DNA from: an uncultured Gammaproteobacteria bacterium
Lineage (GTDB): Bacteria; Patescibacteriota; Patescibacteriia; Magasanikbacterales; UBA922
Direction of reading: 5' to 3'
DNA length: 64,000 bases
NCBI GenBank assembly: GCA_964612105.1
Contig: CAZTEU010000001.1
Coordinates: forward strand, 4,047 to 68,046
Shown: one piece after another, positions 30,085 to 39,513 of the stretch
How the letters are laid out: the number at the start of each line of letters is the position of its first letter
Position numbering within the stretch: position 1 is the stretch's first letter
The notes under the pieces: generated by a model
What the model saw: only the letters and a program-made list of their open reading frames with translations
Told to the model about the DNA's origin: nothing
Databases searched by the model: none
Made by a program: the position numbers and the translations under genes

Positions 30085-31090
30085 GAACAAGAACAAACCA
30101 AAAGTTGTTACTGTACTAGGTGCTGGTAATTTTGGAACAGCAATTTCACAAGTACTAGCAGAGAATGGGCATCGTGTAAATTTATGGAATTGGGAGCAAG
30201 ATCACTTACCACTTAAGCAGATAGAAAAGTACCACGAGAACAAGAAATACATGCCTGGTATTAAGCTTTTGAAGAATATCGTTCCAATGTACAGGTTAGA
30301 TATGGCATTGCATGCTACAAATGCTGTATTTTTTGCTGTACCAAGTATGTCTATGGAGCATGTTGTCTCTTTTGCCTCTAGAAGTATTGAATCAAAAAGT
30401 ATATTAGTAAATTTATCAAAAGGACTGCATCCAGAGTTACATAAGCCAATGTCCTCAATTATAGGAAAACATGTTAGGCCTGCATTAAAAAAGAAAATAG
30501 TAACTATTTCAGGACCTGCAGTGGCTGAACAACTAATTCATCACCATGTTTCGATGATGAATATCGCTGGAAAAAACAGAGGTTCTGTAAATCAAGTTAA
30601 GAACATACTGGAAAATGATTTTGTAAAACTAGTACCTGTAAAAGATATGATAGGTATAGAAGTCGCTGGATCTTTCAAGAATGTATACGCAGTACTTATG
30701 GGCGTGTGTGATGGGATGAAGCATGGACTAAACACAAAAGCTGGTCTATTAGCTTTTGCTATGTCAGAAATTGGAGATGTTGTTCATGCGCTTGGTGGAA
30801 AAAGAAAAACAGCACATGAGCTTGCAGGATTAGGAGACCTCGTTGGAACTGCCTTTTCTCAGTACAGTAGAAATAGACAATTCGGTGAGTATATAGGAAA
30901 AGGTCTATCAAGGAAGAAAGCCCTCTCCAAGATGAAACAAACTGTAGAAGGTATAAATGCAACACACTGCCTTCATTCAATTGCCAAGAAAAATGGAATT
31001 AAGCTTCCTTTGGCGTCTCTGGTGTATTCAATGGTGTTTGGCAGAGGGGATGCTCGTAAAAAGATGCAAAATTTCCTAAAAAAACTATAA
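30077..31090 (+). CDS. gpsA: NAD(P)H-dependent glycerol-3-phosphate dehydrogenase
   Basis: GAGNFGTA, SKG, SGP, KNVYA, GLGDL, SRNR. Confidence 0.92.
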   Translation: MYKNKNKPKVVTVLGAGNFGTAISQVLAENGHRVNLWNWEQDHLPLKQIEKYHENKKYMPGIKLLKNIVPMYRLDMALHATNAVFFAVPSMSMEHVVSFASRSIESKSILVNLSKGLHPELHKPMSSIIGKHVRPALKKKIVTISGPAVAEQLIHHHVSMMNIAGKNRGSVNQVKNILENDFVKLVPVKDMIGIEVAGSFKNVYAVLMGVCDGMKHGLNTKAGLLAFAMSEIGDVVHALGGKRKTAHELAGLGDLVGTAFSQYSRNRQFGEYIGKGLSRKKALSKMKQTVEGINATHCLHSIAKKNGIKLPLASLVYSMVFGRGDARKKMQNFLKKL

Positions 31091-31129
31091 TTGACAGGAC
31101 TTTGATTTGTGATAGTATAGCTGGCTAAT

Positions 31130-32614
31130 ATGGAAATAAAGAAACTATTCAAAACTATACAGAAAGTAAGCAAGAAAACATCTACCGATGTATATATTGT
31201 TGGTGGCTTTGTGAGGGATTTGCTTTTATTCGGAAAAAAGTATCAAGCAAAAGATATAGATTTTGTTGTTCTTGGTAGTGGATTAGAGTTTGCAAAGGAA
31301 TTTGACAGTGCAGTCAAGCAATCAGGCTCTTTAGTAGAGTTTGAGGATTTTGATACTGCTCGCTATGTCTTTGTAAAAGAGGATAAAAAAGGAAAAATTA
31401 TAGAAAAATTAGAAATAGAATTTGCAGGAGCTCGTAGTGAAGAATACAAGAAAATGTCACGTAAACCAAAAGTAGAACCAGCAACCCTAGAAAAAGATCT
31501 TTCACGTCGTGATTTTACAGTGAATGCAATGGCTCTTCCTATTTCTATATTTTCAAAAGGAGTTCCTTCAGATAAGGTAATAATGGAAAATCTAATAGAC
31601 CCATACGGCGGAACTAAAGACTTACAAAAAAAGGTAATCAAAACACCACTAAATCCAGATGAAACTTTTTCAGATGATCCACTAAGAATGCTACGAGCAG
31701 TTAGATTTGCATCTCAATTAGATTTCAAGATAGACAAAAAGACGTACAAATCAATAAAAGACTCTTCGTCCCGTCTTAGTATTATTTCTAAAGAAAGGGT
31801 GCAGGAAGAATTCTTTAAACTACTTGCAACAAAAAAACCTGTAGTTGGATTAGAGTTGTTACATGATAGTAAGCTATTCTTGGAGTTTATTCCAGAAATA
31901 AATGATCTAGAAGGAGTGGAAGAGGTAAAAGGCTACGCACATAAAGATAACCTATCACATACTTTCGCTGTGGTAGAAAATATATCACAATATACGGATA
32001 ATACTTTACTGAGGCTTGCAGGGCTTTTACATGACATTGCAAAGCCCAAAACAAAAAAACTAGAAAAAGGAAGAGGGTGGACCTTTGATATGCATGAGCA
32101 TCTTGGAAAGAAAATGGTAAGAGATATAGGAAAGAGGCTTAGAATGAAGAAAAGTGATACAGAGTATGTTGCAAATCTAGTTAGATGGCATCTGCAACCA
32201 ATATCCCTAATGGATGACGGAGTAACAGACAGTGCAGTCCGTCGCTTAGTTGTAAATTTAAAGGATGATTTAGATGATCTTCTACTACTGTGCAGGAGTG
32301 ATATAACTACAGGTAATCAGAAGAAAAAAAAGCGAAGACTAAAGAACTATGATGTATTAGAAAAAAGAATAGCTGAGGTGAATGAAAAGGATCAATTAAG
32401 GGCGTTTCAATCACCATTACGAGGCGAAGAGATAATGAAGCTTACAGGACTAAAACCAGGACCAACAGTAGGTAGAATTAAAAAAGCCATAGAAGAAGCT
32501 ATTCTAGATGGGGACATAAAGAATGAGTATAAAGCATCAAAAAAGTATTTCGAGAAGATAAAAGATAAGCTTATGAGAGATGTAGAGGGGTGGGAAATAG
32601 AAAAGAACAAATAA
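31130..32614 (+). CDS. cca: CCA-adding tRNA nucleotidyltransferase with HD domain
   Basis: VGGFVRD, DIDF, RRDFTVNA, DDPLRMLRA, LLHDIAK. Confidence 0.9.
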   Translation: MEIKKLFKTIQKVSKKTSTDVYIVGGFVRDLLLFGKKYQAKDIDFVVLGSGLEFAKEFDSAVKQSGSLVEFEDFDTARYVFVKEDKKGKIIEKLEIEFAGARSEEYKKMSRKPKVEPATLEKDLSRRDFTVNAMALPISIFSKGVPSDKVIMENLIDPYGGTKDLQKKVIKTPLNPDETFSDDPLRMLRAVRFASQLDFKIDKKTYKSIKDSSSRLSIISKERVQEEFFKLLATKKPVVGLELLHDSKLFLEFIPEINDLEGVEEVKGYAHKDNLSHTFAVVENISQYTDNTLLRLAGLLHDIAKPKTKKLEKGRGWTFDMHEHLGKKMVRDIGKRLRMKKSDTEYVANLVRWHLQPISLMDDGVTDSAVRRLVVNLKDDLDDLLLLCRSDITTGNQKKKKRRLKNYDVLEKRIAEVNEKDQLRAFQSPLRGEEIMKLTGLKPGPTVGRIKKAIEEAILDGDIKNEYKASKKYFEKIKDKLMRDVEGWEIEKNK

Positions 32615-32643
32615 ATCCAGACCTACGTCTGGATTTTTGATAC

Positions 32644-33078
32644 AAAAAAATGGCTATTGCCATAACGTTTATTTTATTGAACCACGAGCCGGGACCATAC
32701 TACGCATTCGCAGTGATGATCCCGGCTCGGGTAACAGGCGCCAGATACCCCGCAGGTATCCTTGTGGTCGCCGGTCAGCGGTCGGGTGGGCTGGATTTGA
32801 ACCAGCGACCTTGAGCTTTGTAGGCTCACACTCTACCTGACTGAGCTACCCCCCGAAAAAAGAACAAAGAACAATTAATCAAGCGGAACCCCCCAACCAG
32901 TGCGTCATCCGACTGTCCGCATGGAGGAGGGGTTCCGCTGTGCCAGCGGTGTTTTGCAAGCTACGGACTCCCGCAACCAGCCCTCAGGTGACTACCATGT
33001 GAGGCTACCGCTGGAACGAAGTGGTGGAGGGATTAGAACCCTTGTGCTTCGACGACTCACCACGGTACGAAGATTACG
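32644..33078 (-). ncRNA. Putative ~430-nt structured RNA containing a tRNA-like element
   Basis: Promoter TTGACA-17-TAAAAT (33113-33085), terminator ATGGC-AATA-GCCAT-T7 (32663-32644), several long stems. Confidence 0.6.
32782..32855 (-). tRNA. Atypical tRNA, anticodon ACA (formally Cys) with non-Cys body; possibly pseudo-tRNA
   Basis: CGGGGGG TA GCTC AGTCAGGTA GAGT G TGAGC CTACAAA GCTCA AGGTC GCTGG TTCAAAT CCAGC CCACCCG A. Confidence 0.75.
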
Positions 33079-33179
33079 AAAATCATTTTACATTATGAAT
33101 ATAAAACTGTCAAACAGTATTTATTAACATATACACAATACATTGCTTTTGTGCGTAAAATCTAGTACAATATGCATAT

Positions 33180-33887
33180 ATGATAGAACTCTGGAATATA
33201 TACTTATACCAGCCTGTATTTAATTTGCTTATCTGGATTTATTCAAATTGGACAGATCAAAATCTAGGCTGGGCTATTGTTTATCTTACAGTGCTACTAC
33301 GTGGTGCGCTTCTACCTCTAACTGTAATTCAGCATATGAAGCAGGCAAGAAACGAGAGCTTGGGAGAAGATGTAATGAAACTCCAGAAGGAGTTGCACAA
33401 CGATGAAGTTCTAAAGAAACAGGAGATTAGGAAGCTACTTAAGAGAAAGAAAGTGAGTCCGTGGGCAAAGTTCGTGTCCTTAGGAATACAAGGTTTGGTA
33501 TTGTTACTACTTTATCAAGTATTCCTCAATGGAATAACAGGAGAGAAGCTTTTTAGTACGCTCTATTCATCTGTAGACTTTCCTGGTAAAATAAACGCAA
33601 TGTTCTACGGTTTTGATCTTGGAGTAAGGGATGTAATTTGGGCAGCTGTAGTGGGACTCTTGCTCTTTGCTGAGAATTACTATCACGCGATAAAAGCAAA
33701 GAGAATGTTTCAGAAAACAGACCTAAGTTATTTTGTGCTTTTTCCACTGGCTGTATTCGTAGCACTTTGGGCACTACCAATGGTTAAATCCTTGTTCGTA
33801 TTGACTTCAATGCTATTTTCCATTATTATTGGCTTGTTTTTATCACTACTTATTAAACCAATTAAACCAAAGAAAAAAACAGCCTAG
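33180..33887 (+). CDS. YidC/Oxa1-family membrane insertase-like protein
   Basis: YQPVFNLL..LGWAIV.LTVLLR..LLPL N-terminus, coiled region, multiple TM. Confidence 0.7.
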   Translation: MIELWNIYLYQPVFNLLIWIYSNWTDQNLGWAIVYLTVLLRGALLPLTVIQHMKQARNESLGEDVMKLQKELHNDEVLKKQEIRKLLKRKKVSPWAKFVSLGIQGLVLLLLYQVFLNGITGEKLFSTLYSSVDFPGKINAMFYGFDLGVRDVIWAAVVGLLLFAENYYHAIKAKRMFQKTDLSYFVLFPLAVFVALWALPMVKSLFVLTSMLFSIIIGLFLSLLIKPIKPKKKTA

Positions 33888-33899
33888 TAAAGTAAATAT

Positions 33900-34490
33900 A
33901 TGTCACAGTCCTTAGATAAATTAATGTATTCCTTCGTCATGGAGGATGTCCTAAAGGGAATATTTATATATGTTCCACCTGGATATGTTGCTTGTGTATA
34001 TGATCTTGGTAGGGGAGTACTAAAGAAAGTACTCACACCAGGACTACACTTCAAGATACCATTCTGGCAAAAAGCGAAGCTTTTTAACACACAGACCTTG
34101 GAATATAGTATTTCTCGGGATTTTAATCCAGAGAATGAAAAAGCGCTTGGAGATATTCCAATTGCAGCTGTAACACAGGATAATAAGAGAATCGGAGTTG
34201 AGGGTGCAATCCTACTAAGACTAGACATACACCAGATTCCAGCTATATGGCAGACAATCGGTGAAGACTTTATAGCTAAAATTATTAGACCAACCGTTAG
34301 AAGTAGGATAAGGATGGTTGCAAGTAGGTTCGATAACAAAGAAATTGTTGGTCCAAAAAGAGATGCTGTAGAAACAGAACTCAAGAACGAGCTTGAAAGG
34401 ATATTCTACTCCAGAGGAATTTATGTAGAAAATGTCCTCCTGAGCGAGGTAGCGAGTGTAGAGGAGTTTAAAAGAACAGCCAAAGAGTAA
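33900..34490 (+). CDS. SPFH/prohibitin (band 7) domain protein
   Basis: VPPG, PGLHFKIPF, GIYVENVLL. Confidence 0.8.
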   Translation: MSQSLDKLMYSFVMEDVLKGIFIYVPPGYVACVYDLGRGVLKKVLTPGLHFKIPFWQKAKLFNTQTLEYSISRDFNPENEKALGDIPIAAVTQDNKRIGVEGAILLRLDIHQIPAIWQTIGEDFIAKIIRPTVRSRIRMVASRFDNKEIVGPKRDAVETELKNELERIFYSRGIYVENVLLSEVASVEEFKRTAKE

Positions 34491-34553
34491 ATAAGAAAAA
34501 AATCCCTTAAATAAGGGGTTTTTTAGTTACAGAAAAGTAGTTATCCACAGTAT

Positions 34554-34607
34554 TTGACAGGTATTTGCACCCATGGTATATTATCACTCGTCAATCAAGA
34601 GTGATAA
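34554..34607 (+). promoter_or_regulatory. hrcA promoter with variant CIRCE operator
   Basis: TTGACA-17-TATATT; TTATCACTC-N9-GAGTGATAA at 34581-34607. Confidence 0.85.
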
Positions 34608-34608
34608 T

Positions 34609-35289
34609 ATGACAGAACGCCAGAAACAACTTCTACAACTAATAACAGAATATTATATTGAGACTGCAGAGCCGGTAGGTTCTCAGATGTTAGTTGAATC
34701 TAATATTTTAGATGTTAGTGGGGCAACTGTACGTAATGATATGAGAGCTCTAGAAGAAGCAGGTTTTTTGACTCATCCACATACTTCTGCTGGTCGTGTT
34801 CCGACTCCAATGGGATATGAGTTCTACTCAGAACACATAATGAATAAACCGGAAGTACACAAAGAGTTAAGTGATTTATGTACAGACATAGCAAGTAGGG
34901 CAGATAATGAGCATCATGCTCTTAAGCAAAGTGCCAAAGAAATTGCAGAAATTGCGAATACTGCTGTTATTATGAGTCTGGGAGAGCAGAGTGTGTATTA
35001 CACAGGACTATCTCTACTGTTTGCTCAACCAGAATTTGTAGATCGTTCAATGTCATTAAATGTATCTGCTATGTTTGATAGGTGTGAACAGATACTCCCA
35101 GAAATTTTTGAGAAAGTAAATGAAGAACCAACAATATTTATTGGAAAAAATAATCCACTTGGCGATATGTGTGGAACAGTTGTTGGAAAAATAGGAAAAA
35201 ACAACTTATGTGCAATTGTTGGACCAACTAGAATGGATTATGAAAAGAATAGTCATCTAATACATACCATTCAAAAAATATTTGAATAA
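34609..35289 (+). CDS. hrcA: Heat-inducible transcription repressor HrcA
   Basis: EPVGS, SGATVRNDM, HTSAGRVPT, GPTRMDY. Confidence 0.93.
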   Translation: MTERQKQLLQLITEYYIETAEPVGSQMLVESNILDVSGATVRNDMRALEEAGFLTHPHTSAGRVPTPMGYEFYSEHIMNKPEVHKELSDLCTDIASRADNEHHALKQSAKEIAEIANTAVIMSLGEQSVYYTGLSLLFAQPEFVDRSMSLNVSAMFDRCEQILPEIFEKVNEEPTIFIGKNNPLGDMCGTVVGKIGKNNLCAIVGPTRMDYEKNSHLIHTIQKIFE

Positions 35290-35291
35290 TT

Positions 35292-36173
35292 ATGAATAAA
35301 AAAGACAGAAAACTTCCTCGCGCAACAACAGGAATATATATAGTAAATAAGAATGGAGAAATCCTACTTGCTCGTTCCAGTAAATGGAATGATTTACTTG
35401 TTCCACCAGGTGGTCATATAGAATACGGTGAGCCAATTATAGATTGTGTTGTTAGAGAGGCCAAAGAGGAAACCGGACTAGATGTAAAAAATGCTTCACT
35501 GTTGACTGTAATAGACATGATTGAACCAGAGAACTTTAACGCGTATACCACCCACTTTGTAGGACTACAGTTCCGCGCAGAGGTGGATAATCATGAAGAT
35601 GTTGTACTTGAAGAGCGTGAGTTACAGGATTACGAGTGGCTATTGCCAGAAGAAATAGTAAAAAGAGATGACGTGGAAGATTTGTCCAAAAAAATAGTTC
35701 AAGAGTACTTTGTAGATAGTACTCCAGAAAAAATAGACTCATTAAAAATTCAGCTAAATGAATTCAAGGAAGGGTGGAAGAGAGCCCAGGCAGATTATCA
35801 AAATCTGCACAAAAGTGTGGAGGATAATAGGAGTGAACTTGTAAGATTAAGTGAGCTACAGATTCTAAATGAGTTTTTACCAATATTGGATAATTTTAAG
35901 AAGTGTTTTAACTCAGTACCAGAAGACGATAAGCAGTGGGAGAATTGGAAAAAGGGTGTTGAATATATAATGAAACAATTCTCAGACGTAATGAAAGCAC
36001 ATAATATAGAAGATATAAGTACAGTAGGAAAGAAGTTTGATCCAGAGCTACATGAAGCAGTAGGAGAAGAAGAATCAGAAGAAAAAGAGGGGGTTGTAAT
36101 AAGAGAGGTAGACGCTGGATATACAATGAAAGGAAAAGTAATAAAAGTGGCAAAAGTAATTGTATCTAAATAA
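35292..36173 (+). CDS. grpE: NUDIX hydrolase-GrpE fusion
   Basis: Nudix box GGHIEYGE...REAKEETG at N-terminus; RAQADYQN, FDPELHEAV, GY.MKGKV in C-half. Confidence 0.88.
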   Translation: MNKKDRKLPRATTGIYIVNKNGEILLARSSKWNDLLVPPGGHIEYGEPIIDCVVREAKEETGLDVKNASLLTVIDMIEPENFNAYTTHFVGLQFRAEVDNHEDVVLEERELQDYEWLLPEEIVKRDDVEDLSKKIVQEYFVDSTPEKIDSLKIQLNEFKEGWKRAQADYQNLHKSVEDNRSELVRLSELQILNEFLPILDNFKKCFNSVPEDDKQWENWKKGVEYIMKQFSDVMKAHNIEDISTVGKKFDPELHEAVGEEESEEKEGVVIREVDAGYTMKGKVIKVAKVIVSK

Positions 36174-36189
36174 TCAATAATATATTCAT

Positions 36190-36615
36190 ATGACACTAGT
36201 AAGATATTCCCCCAATTGGGATCCGTTCGAAGAAATGGCGGAGCTAATGAGAGGTTCACACTCACGCTCATACATGCCAGCAATGGATATGTACGAAGAA
36301 AAAGATAGCATAGTTGTAAAAACACCACTTGCAGGAATTAATCCAGATAATGTGCAAGTAAGTGTGGAAAAAGGAGTGGTAACAATACAAGGAGAATCAA
36401 AAAAAGAACATGAGGTAGATGATAAGAACTATTACAGAAAAGAAATCAGAGGCGGTTCATTCTTTAGACAAGTAGTACTTCCAACTGCGGTAAAGGAAAA
36501 AGATGTAAAAGCGGAATTTGAGGATGGAGTACTAAAAATAACATGCCCGAAAAAAGAAGAAGAAAAAGCTAAACAAATTAATGTAAAAATAATCAAGAAA
36601 TCTAATAAAAAATAA
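36190..36615 (+). CDS. Small heat shock protein Hsp20
   Basis: MDMYE, E...GSFFR...LP, AEFEDGVLKI. Confidence 0.92.
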   Translation: MTLVRYSPNWDPFEEMAELMRGSHSRSYMPAMDMYEEKDSIVVKTPLAGINPDNVQVSVEKGVVTIQGESKKEHEVDDKNYYRKEIRGGSFFRQVVLPTAVKEKDVKAEFEDGVLKITCPKKEEEKAKQINVKIIKKSNKK

Positions 36616-36618
36616 TAT

Positions 36619-38580
36619 ATGTCAAAGATTCTAGGAATAGACCTTGGAACAACAAATAGCTGTATGGCTATAGTGGAGGGTGGACAACCAAAGGTATTAG
36701 AAAACAAAGAGGGGAACAGAACTACACCATCTATTGTGGCTGTATCAAAAACAGGAGAACGTCTGGTAGGTCAGCTAGCAAAAAGACAAGCTGTAACAAA
36801 TCCACAAAACACACTCCATTCTGTAAAGCGTCTTATCGGACGTAGAATTAATGATGCAGAGGTACAGGATGTGAAGAAACACGCACCGTACGAAATTTCT
36901 GCTGATGGCGAGCGTGTAAAAGTAAAAATAGGAGACAAGACTCACACACCACCAGAAATAGCTGCTATGGTATTGCAGAAACTAAAAGCAGATGCTGAAG
37001 AAAAAACAGGTGAAAAAATAGAAGAAGCGGTTATTACTGTTCCAGCGTACTTTGATGATTCACAGCGCCAAGCTACTAAAGCAGCTGGAGAAATAGCCGG
37101 ACTAAAAGTAAGTAGGATTATTAACGAACCTACAGCAGCAGCTTTTGCTTATGGTTTTGATAAGAAGAATGATCAGAAGATAGTGGTATATGATTTGGGA
37201 GGTGGAACTTTCGATGTTTCTGTATTGGAGATTTCACATGATAGTGAGGACAACGCTTCAACTGTAGAGGTTAAGGCTACAAGTGGTGATACACACCTTG
37301 GTGGTGACGACTTTGACAAGAAGATTATTGATTGGATATTGGATGAATTTAAGAAGGTAGAAGGAATTGACTTATCCTCAGACCCATTAAGTCTACAACG
37401 TGTAAAGGACGCCGCTGAGAAGGCAAAAATTGAGCTCTCAAGCACTCCGGAGACAGAAATCAATGAACCATTCATAACAAGCGGGGCAGAAGGTCCCAAG
37501 CACCTAAATCTAAAACTTTCCCGCGCTAAGCTAGAAGATCTTGTTGCGGAACTAACAGAAAAGACAATGCGTCCTGTAGAAAAGGCACTTGCAGACTCTG
37601 GATATAGTAAGTCAGAAATTGATGAAGTAATTCTGGTTGGTGGAATGACACGTATGCCATTGATTCAGAACAAAGTAGAAGAGTTTTTTGGTAAGAAACC
37701 AAATGTAAGTGTTAACCCAGACGAAGTAGTATCAATTGGTGCAGCAATACAAGCCGGACAGCTACAAGGTGACCTAGGGCAAGACATTCTTCTTCTAGAT
37801 GTTACTCCGCTTTCACTTGGGCTAGAAACATTGGGAAGTGTTTCTACAAAACTTATAGAAAAAAACACAACAATTCCAACAAGTAAATCACAAGTATTTT
37901 CTACTGCAGCAGATAGTCAACCAAGTGTAAAAGTACATGTGTTACAAGGAGAGCGTGAGATGGCAGCAGACAATAAGTCTCTCGGTAGATTTATTCTAGA
38001 CGGACTTCCACCTGCACCACGCGGAGTTCCTCAAATTGAAGTTACATTTGATATAGACGCTAATGGGATATTAAATGTTTCTGCCAAAGATAAAGGCACG
38101 GGAAAAGAGCAGAGTATTCGTATAGAGGCATCAAGTGGTCTTTCTGATGAAGAAATTGAAAAGATGAAAAAAGATGCGGAAGCTCACGCAGATGATGATA
38201 AAAAGAAACGTGAGTTAATAGATGTGCGTAACACAGCAGATACAATGGTGTATACTACAGAAAAAATGATGAAAGATGTGGAAGAGAAGAAAATAGAAAT
38301 TACAGATGAAGAAAAGAAAGCTGTAGAAGATGCTCTCACAAAGATGAAAGAATTAAAGGACGGAGAGGATTTAGAAGCTATCAAAAGTGCATCTGAAGAA
38401 CTCTCAAAAGCAGGTCAGGCAGTTGGTATGAAAATGTACCAGGCTGAACAAGCAAAAGCAGGGGAAGGTAATCCAGAAGCCCCAAAAGAAGGTGAGAATG
38501 AAGAAAAGAAAGAAGAGGCTGTAGAGGGTGAGGTAGTAGATGATTCATCTGCTGGTACAGATGAAGAAAAAAGTGCATAA
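36619..38580 (+). CDS. dnaK: Chaperone DnaK
   Basis: [35 protein letters not shown]. Confidence 0.98.
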   Translation: MSKILGIDLGTTNSCMAIVEGGQPKVLENKEGNRTTPSIVAVSKTGERLVGQLAKRQAVTNPQNTLHSVKRLIGRRINDAEVQDVKKHAPYEISADGERVKVKIGDKTHTPPEIAAMVLQKLKADAEEKTGEKIEEAVITVPAYFDDSQRQATKAAGEIAGLKVSRIINEPTAAAFAYGFDKKNDQKIVVYDLGGGTFDVSVLEISHDSEDNASTVEVKATSGDTHLGGDDFDKKIIDWILDEFKKVEGIDLSSDPLSLQRVKDAAEKAKIELSSTPETEINEPFITSGAEGPKHLNLKLSRAKLEDLVAELTEKTMRPVEKALADSGYSKSEIDEVILVGGMTRMPLIQNKVEEFFGKKPNVSVNPDEVVSIGAAIQAGQLQGDLGQDILLLDVTPLSLGLETLGSVSTKLIEKNTTIPTSKSQVFSTAADSQPSVKVHVLQGEREMAADNKSLGRFILDGLPPAPRGVPQIEVTFDIDANGILNVSAKDKGTGKEQSIRIEASSGLSDEEIEKMKKDAEAHADDDKKKRELIDVRNTADTMVYTTEKMMKDVEEKKIEITDEEKKAVEDALTKMKELKDGEDLEAIKSASEELSKAGQAVGMKMYQAEQAKAGEGNPEAPKEGENEEKKEEAVEGEVVDDSSAGTDEEKSA

Positions 38581-38645
38581 TGATAAGACATGTTGCCTCA
38601 CAGTATAATGTGGGGCAAACGTTTTAACATTAAGACAAATATATT

Positions 38646-39218
38646 ATGTCAAACTCCGACAAAGGGAGAGGAACAGGGCCAAAACCAGACGTTGGCCACT
38701 TCGCATCAGTAGAACAAAGAGATTTAAAACAAAGAATCACAGAATTCCAAGCGCACTTTAGGTCTCTTATTGAAAAAGTAAAATCTGGGGAATTTGCAGA
38801 TAAACCAATCTTGGACTTAGAAAACATGATTGATAATCTAGGGGAAAAAGAATTAAAAGTATGGGAACAGTATGAAAGTATGCTTGTGGGGATTGTCCGT
38901 CGTTTTGAAGGCGTGGAGCAGAGCGAAGAAGAGAGAAGTAGAGGCCACAAGGTAGTTAATCCAGACACCAATCCGCTGTACGAACATATTCAGAATGGCA
39001 CCACTGGTAATTTTAAAGAATGGGCAAGGAATAGGTGGGGAACCACAAAGACATTGCTGTCTGGTTATAGAGAATCAGATGATCAACAAGAAAAAGAAGA
39101 AATAGCACAAGATTTACTAACAGAAGCAAGACGTTATTTAGACGAAGATTTATATAAAAGCCTGACAGAAGTAGAAGAAGTGGGGGTGGAGGAAATAAGT
39201 GGGGATAGTGAAGAGTAA
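38646..39218 (+). CDS. Hypothetical acidic helical protein within dnaK-dnaJ cluster
   Basis: 190-aa ORF, co-oriented, fills the gap. Confidence 0.65.
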   Translation: MSNSDKGRGTGPKPDVGHFASVEQRDLKQRITEFQAHFRSLIEKVKSGEFADKPILDLENMIDNLGEKELKVWEQYESMLVGIVRRFEGVEQSEEERSRGHKVVNPDTNPLYEHIQNGTTGNFKEWARNRWGTTKTLLSGYRESDDQQEKEEIAQDLLTEARRYLDEDLYKSLTEVEEVGVEEISGDSEE

Positions 39219-39235
39219 TCCAACAGCTAACAATT

Positions 39236-39511
39236 ATGTCCAAAGACTATTACAAAATCTTAGGTGTAGAAAAAAGTGCATCTCAAAAAGATATAAAGAG
39301 TTCGTTCTATAGTCTTAAAAAAGGAGTAGATCCTGAAAGTGACCCATACAAAGACCTATATCAGGCCTATGTGGTAATTAGTAATCCTAAACTTAGAGAG
39401 AAGTATGATTTATATGGAGAAACGTATGAAGATAGGCCGAAGAAATTTTCTGACTGGCTGTACGGAACTGGAATATCAGAGCTTGGGGATATAATAGATT
39501 TATTAGATTAG
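39236..39511 (+). CDS. Short J-domain-like protein lacking HPD
   Basis: DYYKILGV...[14 protein letters not shown]; no HPD. Confidence 0.7.
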   Translation: MSKDYYKILGVEKSASQKDIKSSFYSLKKGVDPESDPYKDLYQAYVVISNPKLREKYDLYGETYEDRPKKFSDWLYGTGISELGDIIDLLD

Positions 39512-39513
39512 AC

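Noticed and set aside
32782-32855. Call as ordinary tRNA-Val(TAC) or tRNA-Cys
   Set aside because: The 5-bp stem fixes the 7-nt loop as CTACAAA (anticodon ACA), and Cys identity elements are missing.
32637-33127. + strand ORFs 32637-32840 and 32900-33127
   Set aside because: Antisense to the tRNA-containing RNA; no SD and no protein-like features.
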